Assembly (NCBI RefSeq): GCF_022844465.1
Contig: NZ_JALHLP010000012.1
Span: 12,694 to 76,693, forward strand
DNA length: 64,000 nucleotides
Direction: 5' to 3'
DNA from: Bradyrhizobium sp.
GTDB taxonomy: Bacteria; Pseudomonadota; Alphaproteobacteria; Rhizobiales; Xanthobacteraceae
The notes beneath the pieces are model-generated. The model had not been told where the DNA came from. It saw nothing but the letters and a program-made list of their open reading frames with translations, and did not search any database. The position numbers were made by a program, and so were the translations under genes. Numbering within the stretch: position 1 is the first letter of the stretch; every line of letters begins with the position of its first letter. This document shows positions 42,163 through 52,700 of the stretch, in pieces.

Positions 42163-43110
42163 ATGATTAGGATCACCATCTTGTTTTTCTCACGCCGTGT
42201 CAGGCTCCTGCTCGCGGGCTGCGCCCTGGCGCTTGCGGTGCTGGCCGGCGGGGCCTCACCTGCGCGCGCGCAGAGCGTCGCCGTCATGGTCAATGGCGAA
42301 CCCATCACCAACTACGACATCGAGCAGCGCACCAAGCTGAACTTCCTGACGACGCGCAAGCAGATGGCCCGGCAGGAAGTGATCGACGAACTGATCAACG
42401 AAAAGGTCAAGATCAAGGAAGCCAAGCGGTTCGGCGTCGACCCCACCGGAAGCGACATCGACCAGGCCTTTGCCGGCATGAGTTCGCGCATGCGGATCAC
42501 GCCCGATCAACTGGTCAAGTCGCTCGAGAGCCAGGGCGTCCGGCCGGAAACCCTGAAGGCCCGGCTCCGGGCCGACATGGTGTGGACCAGCCTGGTACGC
42601 GGTCGCTACAAGGAAAGCCTGCAGGTCGGCGAGAAAGACGTCGCCGCCGCCGCCCAGGGCAGCGGCGAGGCGACCCAGGCCGAGGCGTTCGAATACAAGC
42701 TGCAGCCGATCGTCCTGATCGTGCCGCGCGGATCGGCGCCGGCGGCGATCGACCTGCGGCGCAAGGAGGCGGAGTCGTTGCGCGAGCGCGTCCAGACCTG
42801 CGAGCAGGCCAACGCGTTCTTCAAGTCGATGCGCAACGCTGCGATCCGCGACACCGTCACCAAGACCTCGGCCGACATCCCCGGCCCGCTGCGCGAACTG
42901 CTCGACAAGACCCCGGTCGGCCGGTTGACCCCGCCCGAGGTCACCAAGCAGGGCGTGGAAATGGTGGCGCTGTGCGAGCGCAAGCCCACCAAGGTGGATA
43001 CGCCGAAGAAGCGGGAAATCCGCGAGAAGATGTACGCCGAAAAGTACGAGGCGAAGTCGAAGGCCTATCTCAACGACATCCGCAAAGCCGCGATGATCGA
43101 ATACCGGTGA
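42163..43110 (+). CDS. surA: SurA N-terminal domain chaperone
   Basis: Signal peptide, VNGEPITNYDIEQR; position between lptD and pdxA. Confidence 0.88.
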   Translation: MIRITILFFSRRVRLLLAGCALALAVLAGGASPARAQSVAVMVNGEPITNYDIEQRTKLNFLTTRKQMARQEVIDELINEKVKIKEAKRFGVDPTGSDIDQAFAGMSSRMRITPDQLVKSLESQGVRPETLKARLRADMVWTSLVRGRYKESLQVGEKDVAAAAQGSGEATQAEAFEYKLQPIVLIVPRGSAPAAIDLRRKEAESLRERVQTCEQANAFFKSMRNAAIRDTVTKTSADIPGPLRELLDKTPVGRLTPPEVTKQGVEMVALCERKPTKVDTPKKREIREKMYAEKYEAKSKAYLNDIRKAAMIEYR

Positions 43111-44114
43111 TGGCCAGCCCCCTCGCGCTGACGTCAGGCGAGCCGGCCGGCATCGGCCCGGATATCGCCCTCGCGGCATGGCTGCGGCGCGGGGAGTTCG
43201 ACCTGCCGCCGTTCTATCTGCTCGGCGACCGCGGCTTTTTCGCCGAGCGCGCGAAAATCCTGGGATTGAAAATCGATCTTGTCGATGTCGCGCCGGAAGA
43301 TGCGGCTAAGGCGTTCGCCACGACGTTGCCGGTGGTCGCCACCGGCGAGGTCGCCACCGCCCGCCCCGGACAGCCCGACGACGCCAGCGCCAGCGTCGTG
43401 CTCGCTGCCATTCGTCGCGCGGTCGACGATGTCCGGCGCGGCAGGGCCGGCGCCATCGTCACCAACCCGATCGCCAAGAGCGTGCTGCACCGCGCCGGAT
43501 TCCGCCATCCCGGCCACACCGAGTTTCTGGCCGAGCTTGCCGCCGATGGCGGGCGCGCACCGCAGCCGGTGATGATGCTGTGGTCGCCGGCGCTCGCCGT
43601 CGTCCCCGTCACCGTCCATCTTTCGCTGCGCGAGGCGCTGGACCGGCTCTCGACCGATCTGATCGTGACCACCGCCCGGATCGCGGTGGCCGACCTGCGC
43701 GCCCGTTTCGGGCGGGCCCGTCCGCGCCTGGTGGTATCCGGCCTCAACCCGCATGCCGGCGAGCACGGCGCGTTCGGCGAGGAAGACATCGTTATCATCA
43801 CGCCGGCGGTCGAAGCGCTGCGCGCCGAAGGCATCGACGTCAGGGGGCCGCTGCCCGCCGACACCATGTTCCACGCCGCGGCCCGCAACAGCTATGACTG
43901 CGCCATCTGCATGTATCACGACCAGGCGCTGATCCCGATCAAGACCATCGCCTTCGAGGACGCCGTCAACGTCACGCTCGGCTTGCCGTTCATCCGCACC
44001 TCGCCAGACCACGGCACCGCCTTCGACATCGCCGGCAGCGGCAAGGCCAACCCGTCGAGCCTGATCGCCGCGTTGCGGCTTGCCGCGCGGATGGCGGCCG
44101 TGAAATCTGCATGA
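43110..44114 (+). CDS. pdxA: 4-hydroxythreonine-4-phosphate dehydrogenase
   Basis: [65 protein letters not shown]. Confidence 0.96.
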   Translation: MASPLALTSGEPAGIGPDIALAAWLRRGEFDLPPFYLLGDRGFFAERAKILGLKIDLVDVAPEDAAKAFATTLPVVATGEVATARPGQPDDASASVVLAAIRRAVDDVRRGRAGAIVTNPIAKSVLHRAGFRHPGHTEFLAELAADGGRAPQPVMMLWSPALAVVPVTVHLSLREALDRLSTDLIVTTARIAVADLRARFGRARPRLVVSGLNPHAGEHGAFGEEDIVIITPAVEALRAEGIDVRGPLPADTMFHAAARNSYDCAICMYHDQALIPIKTIAFEDAVNVTLGLPFIRTSPDHGTAFDIAGSGKANPSSLIAALRLAARMAAVKSA

Positions 44115-44965
44115 GCGCGATCGACGACCTGCCGCCGCTGCGCGACGTCATCCGCGAGTACGCGCTGTCGGCGCGAAAATCGCTCGGCCAGAATTTTCTG
44201 CTCGACCTCAACCTCACCGCGCGGATCGCGCGGGCCGCCGGTCCGCTGGAAGGCGCCACCGTGATCGAGGTCGGCCCCGGCCCCGGCGGGCTGACGCGCG
44301 CGCTGCTGGCGCTTGGAGCCGGGCGCGTTATCGCGATCGAGCGCGACGCCCGCGCGCTGGCGCCGCTTGAAGCGGTCGCCAGGCGTTATCCGGGCCGGCT
44401 CGAGATCGTGCATGCCGACGCGCTGCACTTCGACCCGCGGCCCATGCTCGGCGGGCAGCGCGCCAGCATCGTCGCCAACCTGCCCTACAACATCGCCACC
44501 GCGCTGCTGGTGGACTGGCTCTCGGTCGAGCCCTGGCCGCCCTGGTACGATCGCATGGTCCTGATGTTTCAGCGCGAGGTCGCCGAACGGATCGTCGCGG
44601 GCGAGGACGACGAGGCCTATGGGCGCCTCGCCGTGCTCGCCAACTGGCGCGCCGAGACCAAAATCCTGTTCGACATTTCGCCGGCGGCCTTTGTGCCGCA
44701 GCCCAAGGTCACCTCCTCGGTGGTGCGGCTGCTGCCACGCACCGCGCCCGAGCCGTGCGACCGCCGCGCCCTCGAGCAGGTGGCGGCCGCGGCCTTCGGC
44801 CAGCGCCGCAAGATGCTGCGGCAAAGCCTGAAATCGCTGTCGGTCGATCCGGCCCGGCTGGCCGCCGTCGCTGGCGTCGACGCGACACGGCGGGCCGAGA
44901 CGATCCCGGTATCCGGCTTTGTTGCCATGGCCCGTGAATTGACCGATATACGAAACGCAAAATAA
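44111..44965 (+). CDS. rsmA: 16S rRNA m6(2)A dimethyltransferase
   Basis: [38 protein letters not shown]. Confidence 0.97.
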   Translation: MSAIDDLPPLRDVIREYALSARKSLGQNFLLDLNLTARIARAAGPLEGATVIEVGPGPGGLTRALLALGAGRVIAIERDARALAPLEAVARRYPGRLEIVHADALHFDPRPMLGGQRASIVANLPYNIATALLVDWLSVEPWPPWYDRMVLMFQREVAERIVAGEDDEAYGRLAVLANWRAETKILFDISPAAFVPQPKVTSSVVRLLPRTAPEPCDRRALEQVAAAAFGQRRKMLRQSLKSLSVDPARLAAVAGVDATRRAETIPVSGFVAMARELTDIRNAK

Positions 44966-44988
44966 AACGCCCTTCAAGGAGAAACGCC

Positions 44989-46047
44989 ATGGCGCGAATG
45001 GTTCGCCAATCCCTCGTCAAGTTCGATGCGCCGTTGTGCGAAACCATCATCGACACGCCGAAGCCGCAAGGCCGCGAGGTTCTGGTGCGCGTCGAGCGTT
45101 GCGGGCTGTGCCATTCCGATCTGCACATCCAGGACGGCTACGCCGATCTCGGCGGCGGCAAGCGGCTCGACACCACCCGCGGCATGACGCTGCCCTTTAC
45201 GCTCGGCCACGAGATATCAGGCGTCGTCGACGAAGTCGGCCCCGACGTCGCCAAGGACCTGATCGGCAAGAAGCGGGCGGTATTTCCCTGGATCGGCTGC
45301 GGCCAGTGCCGCGACTGCGCCAATGGCGACGAGAACCTCTGCGCCAAGCAGCGCTTTCTCGGCGTCGCCATCGACGGCGGCTTCGCCAGCCATGTGCTGG
45401 TGCCCGACGCCAAATACCTGCTGGAATACGATCCCCTGCCGGTCAACCAGGCGGCGACCCTGATGTGCTCCGGCGTCACCGCCTATGGCGCGCTGAAGCG
45501 GCTGGTCGATCGCCCGCGCCAGCGCAATCTGCTGCTGATCGGCCTCGGCGGCGTCGGCATGATGGGGCTTTCGTTCGCGCAAGCGATGTTCACGCAGAAG
45601 GTCGCGGTGGCTGATCTGAGCCCGGCTGCGCGCGAGAGCGCGCTGCAGAACGGCGCGTCCGTCGCCTACGATCCAGCCGAGCCCGACGTGATCAAGCGCA
45701 TGATCAAGGAGACCGAGGGCGGCTTCGACGCCATCGTCGATTTCGCCGGCAACGAGAAGTCGATGGCCTTCGCGGTCGCGGCGGTGGCGCGCGGCGGCAA
45801 GATCGTGGTCTCCGGCCTGATGGGCGGCAATTTCAGCCTGCCGATGGTGCAGTGGGTCTACAAACGCATGACGATTGAAGGGTTCATGGTCGGCACGCTC
45901 GCCGAGGGCAAGGAATTGATGGCGCTCGCCCGCGCCGGCAAGATCAAACCGACCCCGATGAAAGAAGAGCCGATGGCCGACGTCCAGAAATGGATCGAGG
46001 AATTGCGCGCCGGCAAGGTGGTCGGGCGGATCGTGCTGAAGAACTGA
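44989..46047 (+). CDS. Zinc-dependent alcohol dehydrogenase (MDR family)
   Basis: CHSD, GHEI, CGQCRDC..G..NLC structural Zn site, GLGGVG, C-terminal GRIVL. Confidence 0.93.
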   Translation: MARMVRQSLVKFDAPLCETIIDTPKPQGREVLVRVERCGLCHSDLHIQDGYADLGGGKRLDTTRGMTLPFTLGHEISGVVDEVGPDVAKDLIGKKRAVFPWIGCGQCRDCANGDENLCAKQRFLGVAIDGGFASHVLVPDAKYLLEYDPLPVNQAATLMCSGVTAYGALKRLVDRPRQRNLLLIGLGGVGMMGLSFAQAMFTQKVAVADLSPAARESALQNGASVAYDPAEPDVIKRMIKETEGGFDAIVDFAGNEKSMAFAVAAVARGGKIVVSGLMGGNFSLPMVQWVYKRMTIEGFMVGTLAEGKELMALARAGKIKPTPMKEEPMADVQKWIEELRAGKVVGRIVLKN

Positions 46048-46056
46048 GGCGGTGCG
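45989..46056 (+). repeat. adh 3'-end direct repeat, copy 1 (attL-like)
   Basis: AATGGATCGAGGAATTGCGCGCCGGCAAGGTGGTCGGGCGGATCGTGCTGAAGAACTGAGGCGGTGCG; 59/68 identical to copy 2. Confidence 0.9.
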
Positions 46057-46268
46057 TCTCGCATCATTTCGACCAAGATGCCGCTGACCGGGTGGACCGA
46101 CCTCGGGTGCGTCATGATCTTTCCTTCGACGACACTGGTGAAAATCCGTGCCGCGCAGATCGTTGGTTTCCCGACGGTCGGAAGCGCTGCTGTGCTGAGG
46201 TTGTGGCTTTGCCGCTGTCTTGCGACGAGCGTCGTGGATAGCCTGCGTAGGTACGAAGGAGATTCCGG

Positions 46269-47141
46269 ATGGATAACCAAGCACCCACGCCGCAGCCGCC
46301 CGTATTCAATTCGAATGCCTACAGCCCCGCCGAGATCGAGGAGGCCATTGAGAAAGTCGGGGTCACGAAGGCGAGATTGCCGTATCTCGCGTCGTTCATG
46401 CTTGCGATCGTCGCGGGCGGCAGCATCGGGCTCGGGGCGCTCTACTATACCATCGTCGCCAGCGACGCGGAGCTGAGTTTCGCTACGGTCCGCGTGCTCG
46501 GCGGCCTCGTATTTTCGCTCGGCCTGGCGCTGGTGATCGTCGGAGGCGCGGAGCTGTTTACGGGCAACAACCTGATTGTGATGGCGTGGGCCAGCCGGAA
46601 AGTTTCCACCGGAGAGATGCTTCGCAACTGGTTCATCGTCTACTTCGGCAATCTGGTAGGTGCGCTCGGCCTTGCCGTCCTGGTTCTTCTTTCCCATCAC
46701 CTCGACATGAACGGCGGCCGCGTCGGTTTGTCGATATTGAACACCGCTGTCTCCAAGATTCAGCCTGACGTCTTCACACTCTTTATCAAGGGCATACTGT
46801 GCAATGCGCTTGTCTGCCTAGCGGTTTGGCTTGCCTATGCGGGGCGGTCGGTCACCGACAAGATCGTCGCTCTCATATTTCCGGTCTCGGCTTTCGTCGC
46901 GGCCGGCTTCGAGCATTGCGTGGCCAACATGTATTTCCTGCCCCTGGCCTGGCTGATGACCAGCATAGGCAAGGTTCCTGACGGTTTCGACGCCTCCGCG
47001 ATCACGTTATCCGGGATCGTCCACAACCTCATTCCGGTTACCCTTGGCAATATCGTGGGCGGCGCCGGCATGGTCGGCGCCGTGTACTGGACGATCTATC
47101 GGGCCACGTTCGGCGCCGGGTCGGTTGACGAGAAGCGATAG
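46269..47141 (+). CDS. Formate/nitrite transporter (FNT) family channel
   Basis: AGGSIGLG, GAELFTGN, GNLVG, KGILCNALVCLAVW, GFEHCVANMY, VTLGNIVGG; AAGGAG RBS. Confidence 0.93.
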   Translation: MDNQAPTPQPPVFNSNAYSPAEIEEAIEKVGVTKARLPYLASFMLAIVAGGSIGLGALYYTIVASDAELSFATVRVLGGLVFSLGLALVIVGGAELFTGNNLIVMAWASRKVSTGEMLRNWFIVYFGNLVGALGLAVLVLLSHHLDMNGGRVGLSILNTAVSKIQPDVFTLFIKGILCNALVCLAVWLAYAGRSVTDKIVALIFPVSAFVAAGFEHCVANMYFLPLAWLMTSIGKVPDGFDASAITLSGIVHNLIPVTLGNIVGGAGMVGAVYWTIYRATFGAGSVDEKR

Positions 47142-47229
47142 CTCCTTTGACGAGCGTGATGGGTCCGCCTCAGGCCCGTCTTCGCTTGGCTTTGATCAAT
47201 GCAAGGGCTCGCCGCTACGATCCTGTTGC

Positions 47230-47297
47230 AATGGATCGAGGAACTATGGGCGAGCAAGGTCGTCGGGCGGATCGTGCTGAAGAATTGAGACGGTGCG
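47230..47297 (+). repeat. adh 3'-end direct repeat, copy 2 (degenerate, internal junction)
   Basis: AATGGATCGAGGAACTATGGGCGAGCAAGGTCGTCGGGCGGATCGTGCTGAAGAATTGAGACGGTGCG; 9 mismatches to copy 1 with no indels; encodes WIEELWASKVVGRIVLKN*. Confidence 0.9.
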
Positions 47298-47459
47298 AAG
47301 CTCGCTGTCGCCTTGGTTAATTGCAACGATGTGAATGCTTCGAAGGCAGTATCCGGCAAATTAAGTGCGTTTTCACCGTAGGTAAGAGCGCCCGCGAAAG
47401 TAAGCGGTTTGTGAAGCGGCGCCACTTCCAAACCTTTGTTCGGCGTGGCAGGGTATGCA

Positions 47460-47807
47460 ATGGTCCTGCGCCGACTAGTTGCCCGATTTTTAGCGGTATC
47501 CGTGATCGCCAGCCTCATTCTTGCGCCGGTGGTGACGCCCACGGCTTTGAAGGCATCGGAAACCATCGGTATGGCGTGGATGTCGGCGGACATGCCGTGC
47601 TGCCCGGAGGAGCATAACAGCAAGGATTGTCAGAATTGCCCGTTGCTGGCGATCTGCGCCCTCAAGACGGCGCAGCCAGGCCGGTCTCCGACCGAGGCCT
47701 TGCCGCTGCGCCAAGCGATCCGGACGGCGCATTCGGTTCTCGACGACGCGCCTGCCGATGGGCTCAAACGCCCCCCAGCCGACCACCCTCCTCGAAACCT
47801 GTCCTGA
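47460..47807 (+). CDS. Cys-rich leader protein of the metal-efflux operon (DUF2946/CruR-like)
   Basis: 115 aa: N-terminal TM/signal, MSADMPCCP, DCQNCPLLAIC (CxxC), Pro-rich end RPPADHPPRNLS; directly upstream of fixH-like/cusB/cusA. Confidence 0.65.
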   Translation: MVLRRLVARFLAVSVIASLILAPVVTPTALKASETIGMAWMSADMPCCPEEHNSKDCQNCPLLAICALKTAQPGRSPTEALPLRQAIRTAHSVLDDAPADGLKRPPADHPPRNLS

Positions 47808-47900
47808 CGGCGTTTGGGCGCCGTGGCTGCCGCGCGCCTTGAGCGCGCCGATGACACAAGCCGCTTTTGCGGCAGGCCGGGACAATCGAGGATTGGAAAT

Positions 47901-48308
47901 ATGAACACGTTGAATTTCGCGCGCGCCGCACGCGCGGCGCTGATCGCTGCCGCAACCGGCGGCCTCAACTCGGCAGCTCTCGCCGATATCAAAGACTACA
48001 AGTTCGAACTGGTCGATCAGACGGTCCAGGCGGGTCCAGACAAGGTCGTGACTGCCCGCTTGATAAACACGAAAACCGGAAAGGCCGTACCGGACGCCGT
48101 GATCTTCGCCACTCGTCTAGACATGGCTCCGGATGGAATGCAGGAGATGGCTACCAAAGTCGTGCCGGTACCGGGCGCTGAACCCGGTACTTACAAATTC
48201 AAGGCGACGTTCGGCATGGCGGGCCGCTGGCAACTTTCGCTCGGCGCCAAGGTTCAGGGTGAAACCGGGACCGTCGAAGGCAAGCTTGTTATAGCGGCGC
48301 AGAAATGA
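47901..48308 (+). CDS. FixH/YtkA-like periplasmic protein
   Basis: Signal peptide; RLDMAPDGMQEM, GTYKFKATFGMAGRWQL, Ig-like beta pattern; 4-nt overlap with the next gene. Confidence 0.75.
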   Translation: MNTLNFARAARAALIAAATGGLNSAALADIKDYKFELVDQTVQAGPDKVVTARLINTKTGKAVPDAVIFATRLDMAPDGMQEMATKVVPVPGAEPGTYKFKATFGMAGRWQLSLGAKVQGETGTVEGKLVIAAQK

Positions 48309-49702
48309 CCCGCGCCTTGCTGAGCGGCGCAACCGCCGTCGCGATCGTCGCGGCGGGCGGCGGCGCATTTGTCGGCGTCCTCGCGCTACGCGGGGTCGAG
48401 CCGATCGAGATGTCGGCATCGGCGGCGGCCGAGTCCACTGGCAAGCCGATCTATTACCAGGACCCCGACGGCAAGCCGTTCTATTCGCTGACGCCCCGGA
48501 AGACGCCGGAGGGCAGAGATTATCGAGCCGTCCCCATCGGCGCCGACGTCAGCTTCGATTCCGAGGCTCCGGAGGCGCCGTCGCCGACGGCAGCGGCATC
48601 GGAGCGAAAGGTCAAATATTATCGGAACCCGATGGGTCTGCCGGACACCTCACCGACGCCGAAGAAGGACTCGATGGGGATGGACTATATCCCCGTATTT
48701 GAAGGCGAAGACACCGATGACGGGTCCGTTAAGCTGTCGCCAGGCAGAGTTCAGCGCACGGGCGCCAAATCCGAGCCGGTCATGCGTCAGCCCATCAAGT
48801 CGCTGATCAGGGCGCCGGGGACAGTACGGGAGGACGAGCGCCGCATCTCGGTCGTGACCCTGCGATTCGAAGGTTTCGTCGAGAGCGTCGCGAACGTCAC
48901 TACCGGGCAGCACGTCCACAAGGGGCAGCCGCTCATGAACGTATTCAGTCCCGCGCTTTCCAGTGCGGCCGCCGAATATCTCTCGGCGCTCAACGCAGGC
49001 GCGACCGGCCAGGCGCTGAAGGGCGCCCGCCGACGGCTGGAGAACCTCTCCGCGCCGGAGTCGGCAATCAAGGAACTTGAACGTACGCGCGAAATCTCGC
49101 TCTCCATTCCCTGGCTCGCCCCGCAGGATGGCGAAATCCTCGAGCGCAACGCGGTAAACGGCATGCGGGCCGGACCCGGCGACGTGCTGTTCAGAATCGC
49201 AGACCATCAGCTCGTCTGGGTGCTCGTCGACATCGCCGAACGCGATCTCGCGCAGGTGACGCTCGGAACGAAAGTGACTGTCAGGCCGCGTGCGCTTCCG
49301 GGCCGGACGTTTGCCGGCTCGGTATCGCTGATCTATCCGCACCTCAACGCCCAGACCCGCACAGCCCGTGTCCGCATCGAATTGCCCAACCCCGATTCGG
49401 TGCTGCGGCCCGAGATGTATGTCGATGCCGAAATCGAAACAGGCACGCCCGGCCCGGTGCTCGCAGTGCCGGAAAGCGCCGTGCTCGACAGCGGCAGCCG
49501 TCAGGCCGTTCTGATCGACAAGGGCGAAGGTCGTTTCGAGCCGCGCGACGTCAAGCTTGGCCGTCGCGGCGGCGGATTCGCCGAAGTCACCGACGGCGTG
49601 GCGGAGGGCGAGGCCGTGGTAACCTCAGCGAACTTCCTGATCGATGCCGAAAGCAACCTGAAGGCAGCGTTGAAGGGCTTTTCCGAGGGAGCCCGCCAAT
49701 GA
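48305..49702 (+). CDS. cusB: Heavy-metal RND efflux periplasmic adaptor (CusB family)
   Basis: YYRNPMGLPDTSPTPKKDSMGMDYIPV metal-binding domain, GQPLM..FSP, YPHLNAQTRT, LRPEMY, GRFEPRDV, SANFLIDAESNL. Confidence 0.9.
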   Translation: MTRALLSGATAVAIVAAGGGAFVGVLALRGVEPIEMSASAAAESTGKPIYYQDPDGKPFYSLTPRKTPEGRDYRAVPIGADVSFDSEAPEAPSPTAAASERKVKYYRNPMGLPDTSPTPKKDSMGMDYIPVFEGEDTDDGSVKLSPGRVQRTGAKSEPVMRQPIKSLIRAPGTVREDERRISVVTLRFEGFVESVANVTTGQHVHKGQPLMNVFSPALSSAAAEYLSALNAGATGQALKGARRRLENLSAPESAIKELERTREISLSIPWLAPQDGEILERNAVNGMRAGPGDVLFRIADHQLVWVLVDIAERDLAQVTLGTKVTVRPRALPGRTFAGSVSLIYPHLNAQTRTARVRIELPNPDSVLRPEMYVDAEIETGTPGPVLAVPESAVLDSGSRQAVLIDKGEGRFEPRDVKLGRRGGGFAEVTDGVAEGEAVVTSANFLIDAESNLKAALKGFSEGARQ

Positions 49703-52700
49703 TCGCGCGCCTCATCGGCTGGTCGGCCCGCAACTTGCTGCTGGTGCTGTTCGGCGCCGGCTTTGCCGCCGCGGCCGGCATCTACGCCCTGGTCCATCTG
49801 CCGCTCGACGCCATTCCGGACCTCTCCGACACGCAGGTCATTGTGTACACGGAGTACCCGGGCCAGGCGCCGCAAGTGATCGAGGACCAGGTTACGTATC
49901 CGCTGACGACCGCCATGCTAACCGTCCCGAAGTCGAAAGTCGTCCGCGGCTTCTCTTTCTTCGGCGTCTCCTTTGTCTACGTCATTTTTGAAGACGGGAC
50001 CGACATCTACTGGGCCCGCTCGCGCGTGCTCGAATTTCTCAACGGCGTCACATCCCGCTTGCCGGCGGGCGTGACGCCGACGATCGGCCCCGATGCGACC
50101 GGCGTCGGCTGGGTCTACCAGTACGCGGTGGTGTCGAAGGAGCTGAATCTCGCCGACACGCGCGCGATCCAGGACTGGAATTTGAAGTTCGCCCTCGCCA
50201 AGGCAGAAGGCGTCGCCGAGATAGCAAGCGTTGGCGGCTTCGTCAGGCAGTATAACGTCATCCTCGATCCCCAGCGGATGCGCGATCTCGGCATCACCAC
50301 GCAGAAGCTGCGTGATGCCATTCGCGCCAGTAACGCCGATGTCGGCGGGCGCACCGTTGAACTGTCCGAGTTCGAATATGTGATCCGCGGCAAGGGATAT
50401 CTGAGGAGCATCAACGATCTCGGCGACGTCGTCCTGAAGGCGAACAACGGCACGCCAGTTCTGGTGCGGGATGTCGCCCGCGTCGAACTCGGTCCTGACG
50501 AACGGCGGGGCATCACGGAGTTAAATGGCGAGGGCGAGGTCGCAAGCGGCATCGTGCTGCAACGGTTCGGTGTCAATGCGCTCGACGTGATCGAGAACGT
50601 CAGGAAGCGCTTCAGGGAGATCGCCAGCAGCCTGCCGAAGTCGGTCGAGATCGTGCCGGTCTACGACCGCTCAAACCTGATCTATGCTGCCATTGACGCC
50701 CTCAAGCGCACGCTGTTCGAGGAGAGCGTGGTGGTCGCGCTGGTCTGCATCGTATTCCTGCTGCACGTGCGAAGCGCCCTTGTGGCTATTCTGATGCTGC
50801 CGGTCGGCATCCTGATGGCGTTCGGTGCAATGAAGCTGCTCGGATTAGGCTCCAACATCATGAGCCTCGGCGGCATCGCGATCGCGATCGGCGCCATGGT
50901 AGATGCGGCGATCGTCATGATCGAGAACGCTCACAAGCATCTCGAACGGGCCGAGCCCGGCAAGTCGCGGGTCACGGTGCTGATCGACGCCGCGTCCGAA
51001 GTGGGGCCTGCACTCTTCTTCAGCCTGCTCATCATCACCGTGTCGTTCATGCCGATCTTTACCTTGGAATCGCAGGAAGGCAGGCTGTTCAGTCCGCTGG
51101 CGTTCACCAAGACCTTTGCCATGGCCGCCGCAGCGCTGCTGTCGGTGACGCTGGTGCCGGCGCTGATGGTGATGTTTGTCCGCGGTCGAATCGTTGCGGA
51201 GCACCGCAACCCGATCAACCGGTTGCTGATCTGGATTTACCGCCCCGCGATCAAGGCCGTGATGCGCGCCAAGACGCTGGTCATCTTCCTCGCCATCGTC
51301 GTACTCGCAATCAGCGTGTGGCCCGCGCGCCAGCTCGGTACCGAATTCATGCCAAACCTGAACGAAGGAACGCTGCTCTACATGCCCACTACGCTGCCGG
51401 GGATTTCCGTCACCAAGGCCGGCGAATTGATGCAGACGCAGGATCGGATCATCCGCTCGTTTCCAGAAGTTGCCTCGGTCTACGGCAAGGCGGGCCGCGC
51501 GGCGACGGCGACCGACCCGGCCCCGTCCGAGATGTTCGAAACCGTGGTCAACCTCAAACCCAAAGAGGACTGGCGTCCTGGCATGACGCTCGACGGGCTG
51601 ATCGCGGAAATGGACAAGGCGTTGCAGTTTCCAGGGGTGTCGAACGCGTGGACGATGCCGATAAAGGCCCGTATCGACATGCTGTCGACCGGCATCCGGA
51701 CGCCAATCGGCGTCAAGGTGATCGGGACTGATCTGGTCGAGATCGACAAGTTGGCCAGGCAGATCGAGCGGGTGCTGAAGACGGTACCCGGGACGTCGTC
51801 GGCCTACGCCGAGCGCGGGATCGGCGGCTACTATCTGGAGGTGACGCCAGACCGCGAGGCGCTCGCGCGTTATGGAATCATGATCCAGGACGTGCAGGAC
51901 GTTATTGCGACGGCGTTGGGCGGGCAAACGGTGACCACGACGGTGGAAGGCCGCCAACGCTTCCCCGTCAACATGCGATATCCGAGAGACCTGCGCGACA
52001 ATCCGCAGGCCATCGCCGACAACGTGCTGGTGCCGATGCCGGCCGGCGGCGCCGTTCCGCTCGGCGAAGTAGCCAGGGTCGCCCCGGCCCGCGGGCCGAC
52101 GTCGATCCGGACCGAAAACGGGCAGTTGGCCACCTACATATACGTCGATATTCGTGACCGCGACCTCGGCGGCTACGTCGCCGATGCGCAACGCGCCGTG
52201 CAAGCGAGCATCCAGTTTCCGCCCGGCTATTACGTGATGTGGAGCGGTCAGTACGAGTACCTCGAACGTGCGGCAGCCCGGCTGAAGGTCGTCATCCCGA
52301 TGACGCTGACGATCATCTTCCTGCTGTTGTACCTGAACTTCCGTTCGATCGCCGAGACGTTGATCGTCATGCTCTCGCTGCCATTCGCGCTGATCGGCGG
52401 GCTCTGGCTGATGTGGTGGCTGGGTTTCAACCTTTCCGTCGCCGTCGCGGTGGGTTTCATCGCGCTCGCCGGCGTCGCCGCGGAGACCGGCGTCGTGATG
52501 CTGCTCTACCTCAACCAGGCGTTGGCAAGCATCACGGCGCGGCGGGAGCGAGAAGGCCGCCCGCTGACGCGCGACGATCTGTATGACGCCGTGATGGAGG
52601 GAGCGGTGGAACGCGTGCGCCCGAAGATGATGACGGTTGTGGCGATCATGGCGGGCCTGCTGCCGATCATGTGGAGCAGCGGTACCGGCTCCGAGATCAT

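Noticed and set aside
42582-44114. 510-aa ORF suggesting an N-terminally extended PdxA
   Set aside because: The extension is an alternative frame of surA; PdxA starts at 43110, coupled to the surA stop.
46044-47173. 9-bp inverted repeat CTGAGGCGG/CCGCCTCAG near the ends of the FNT cassette as transposon ends
   Set aside because: Too short and GC-rich to exclude chance; no target duplication or transposase.
47313-47326. FixK2/FNR-like box TTGGTTAATTGCAA upstream of the cus leader
   Set aside because: Position 4 (G) breaks the TTG(A/C)-N6-(T/G)CAA consensus, and there is no supporting context.
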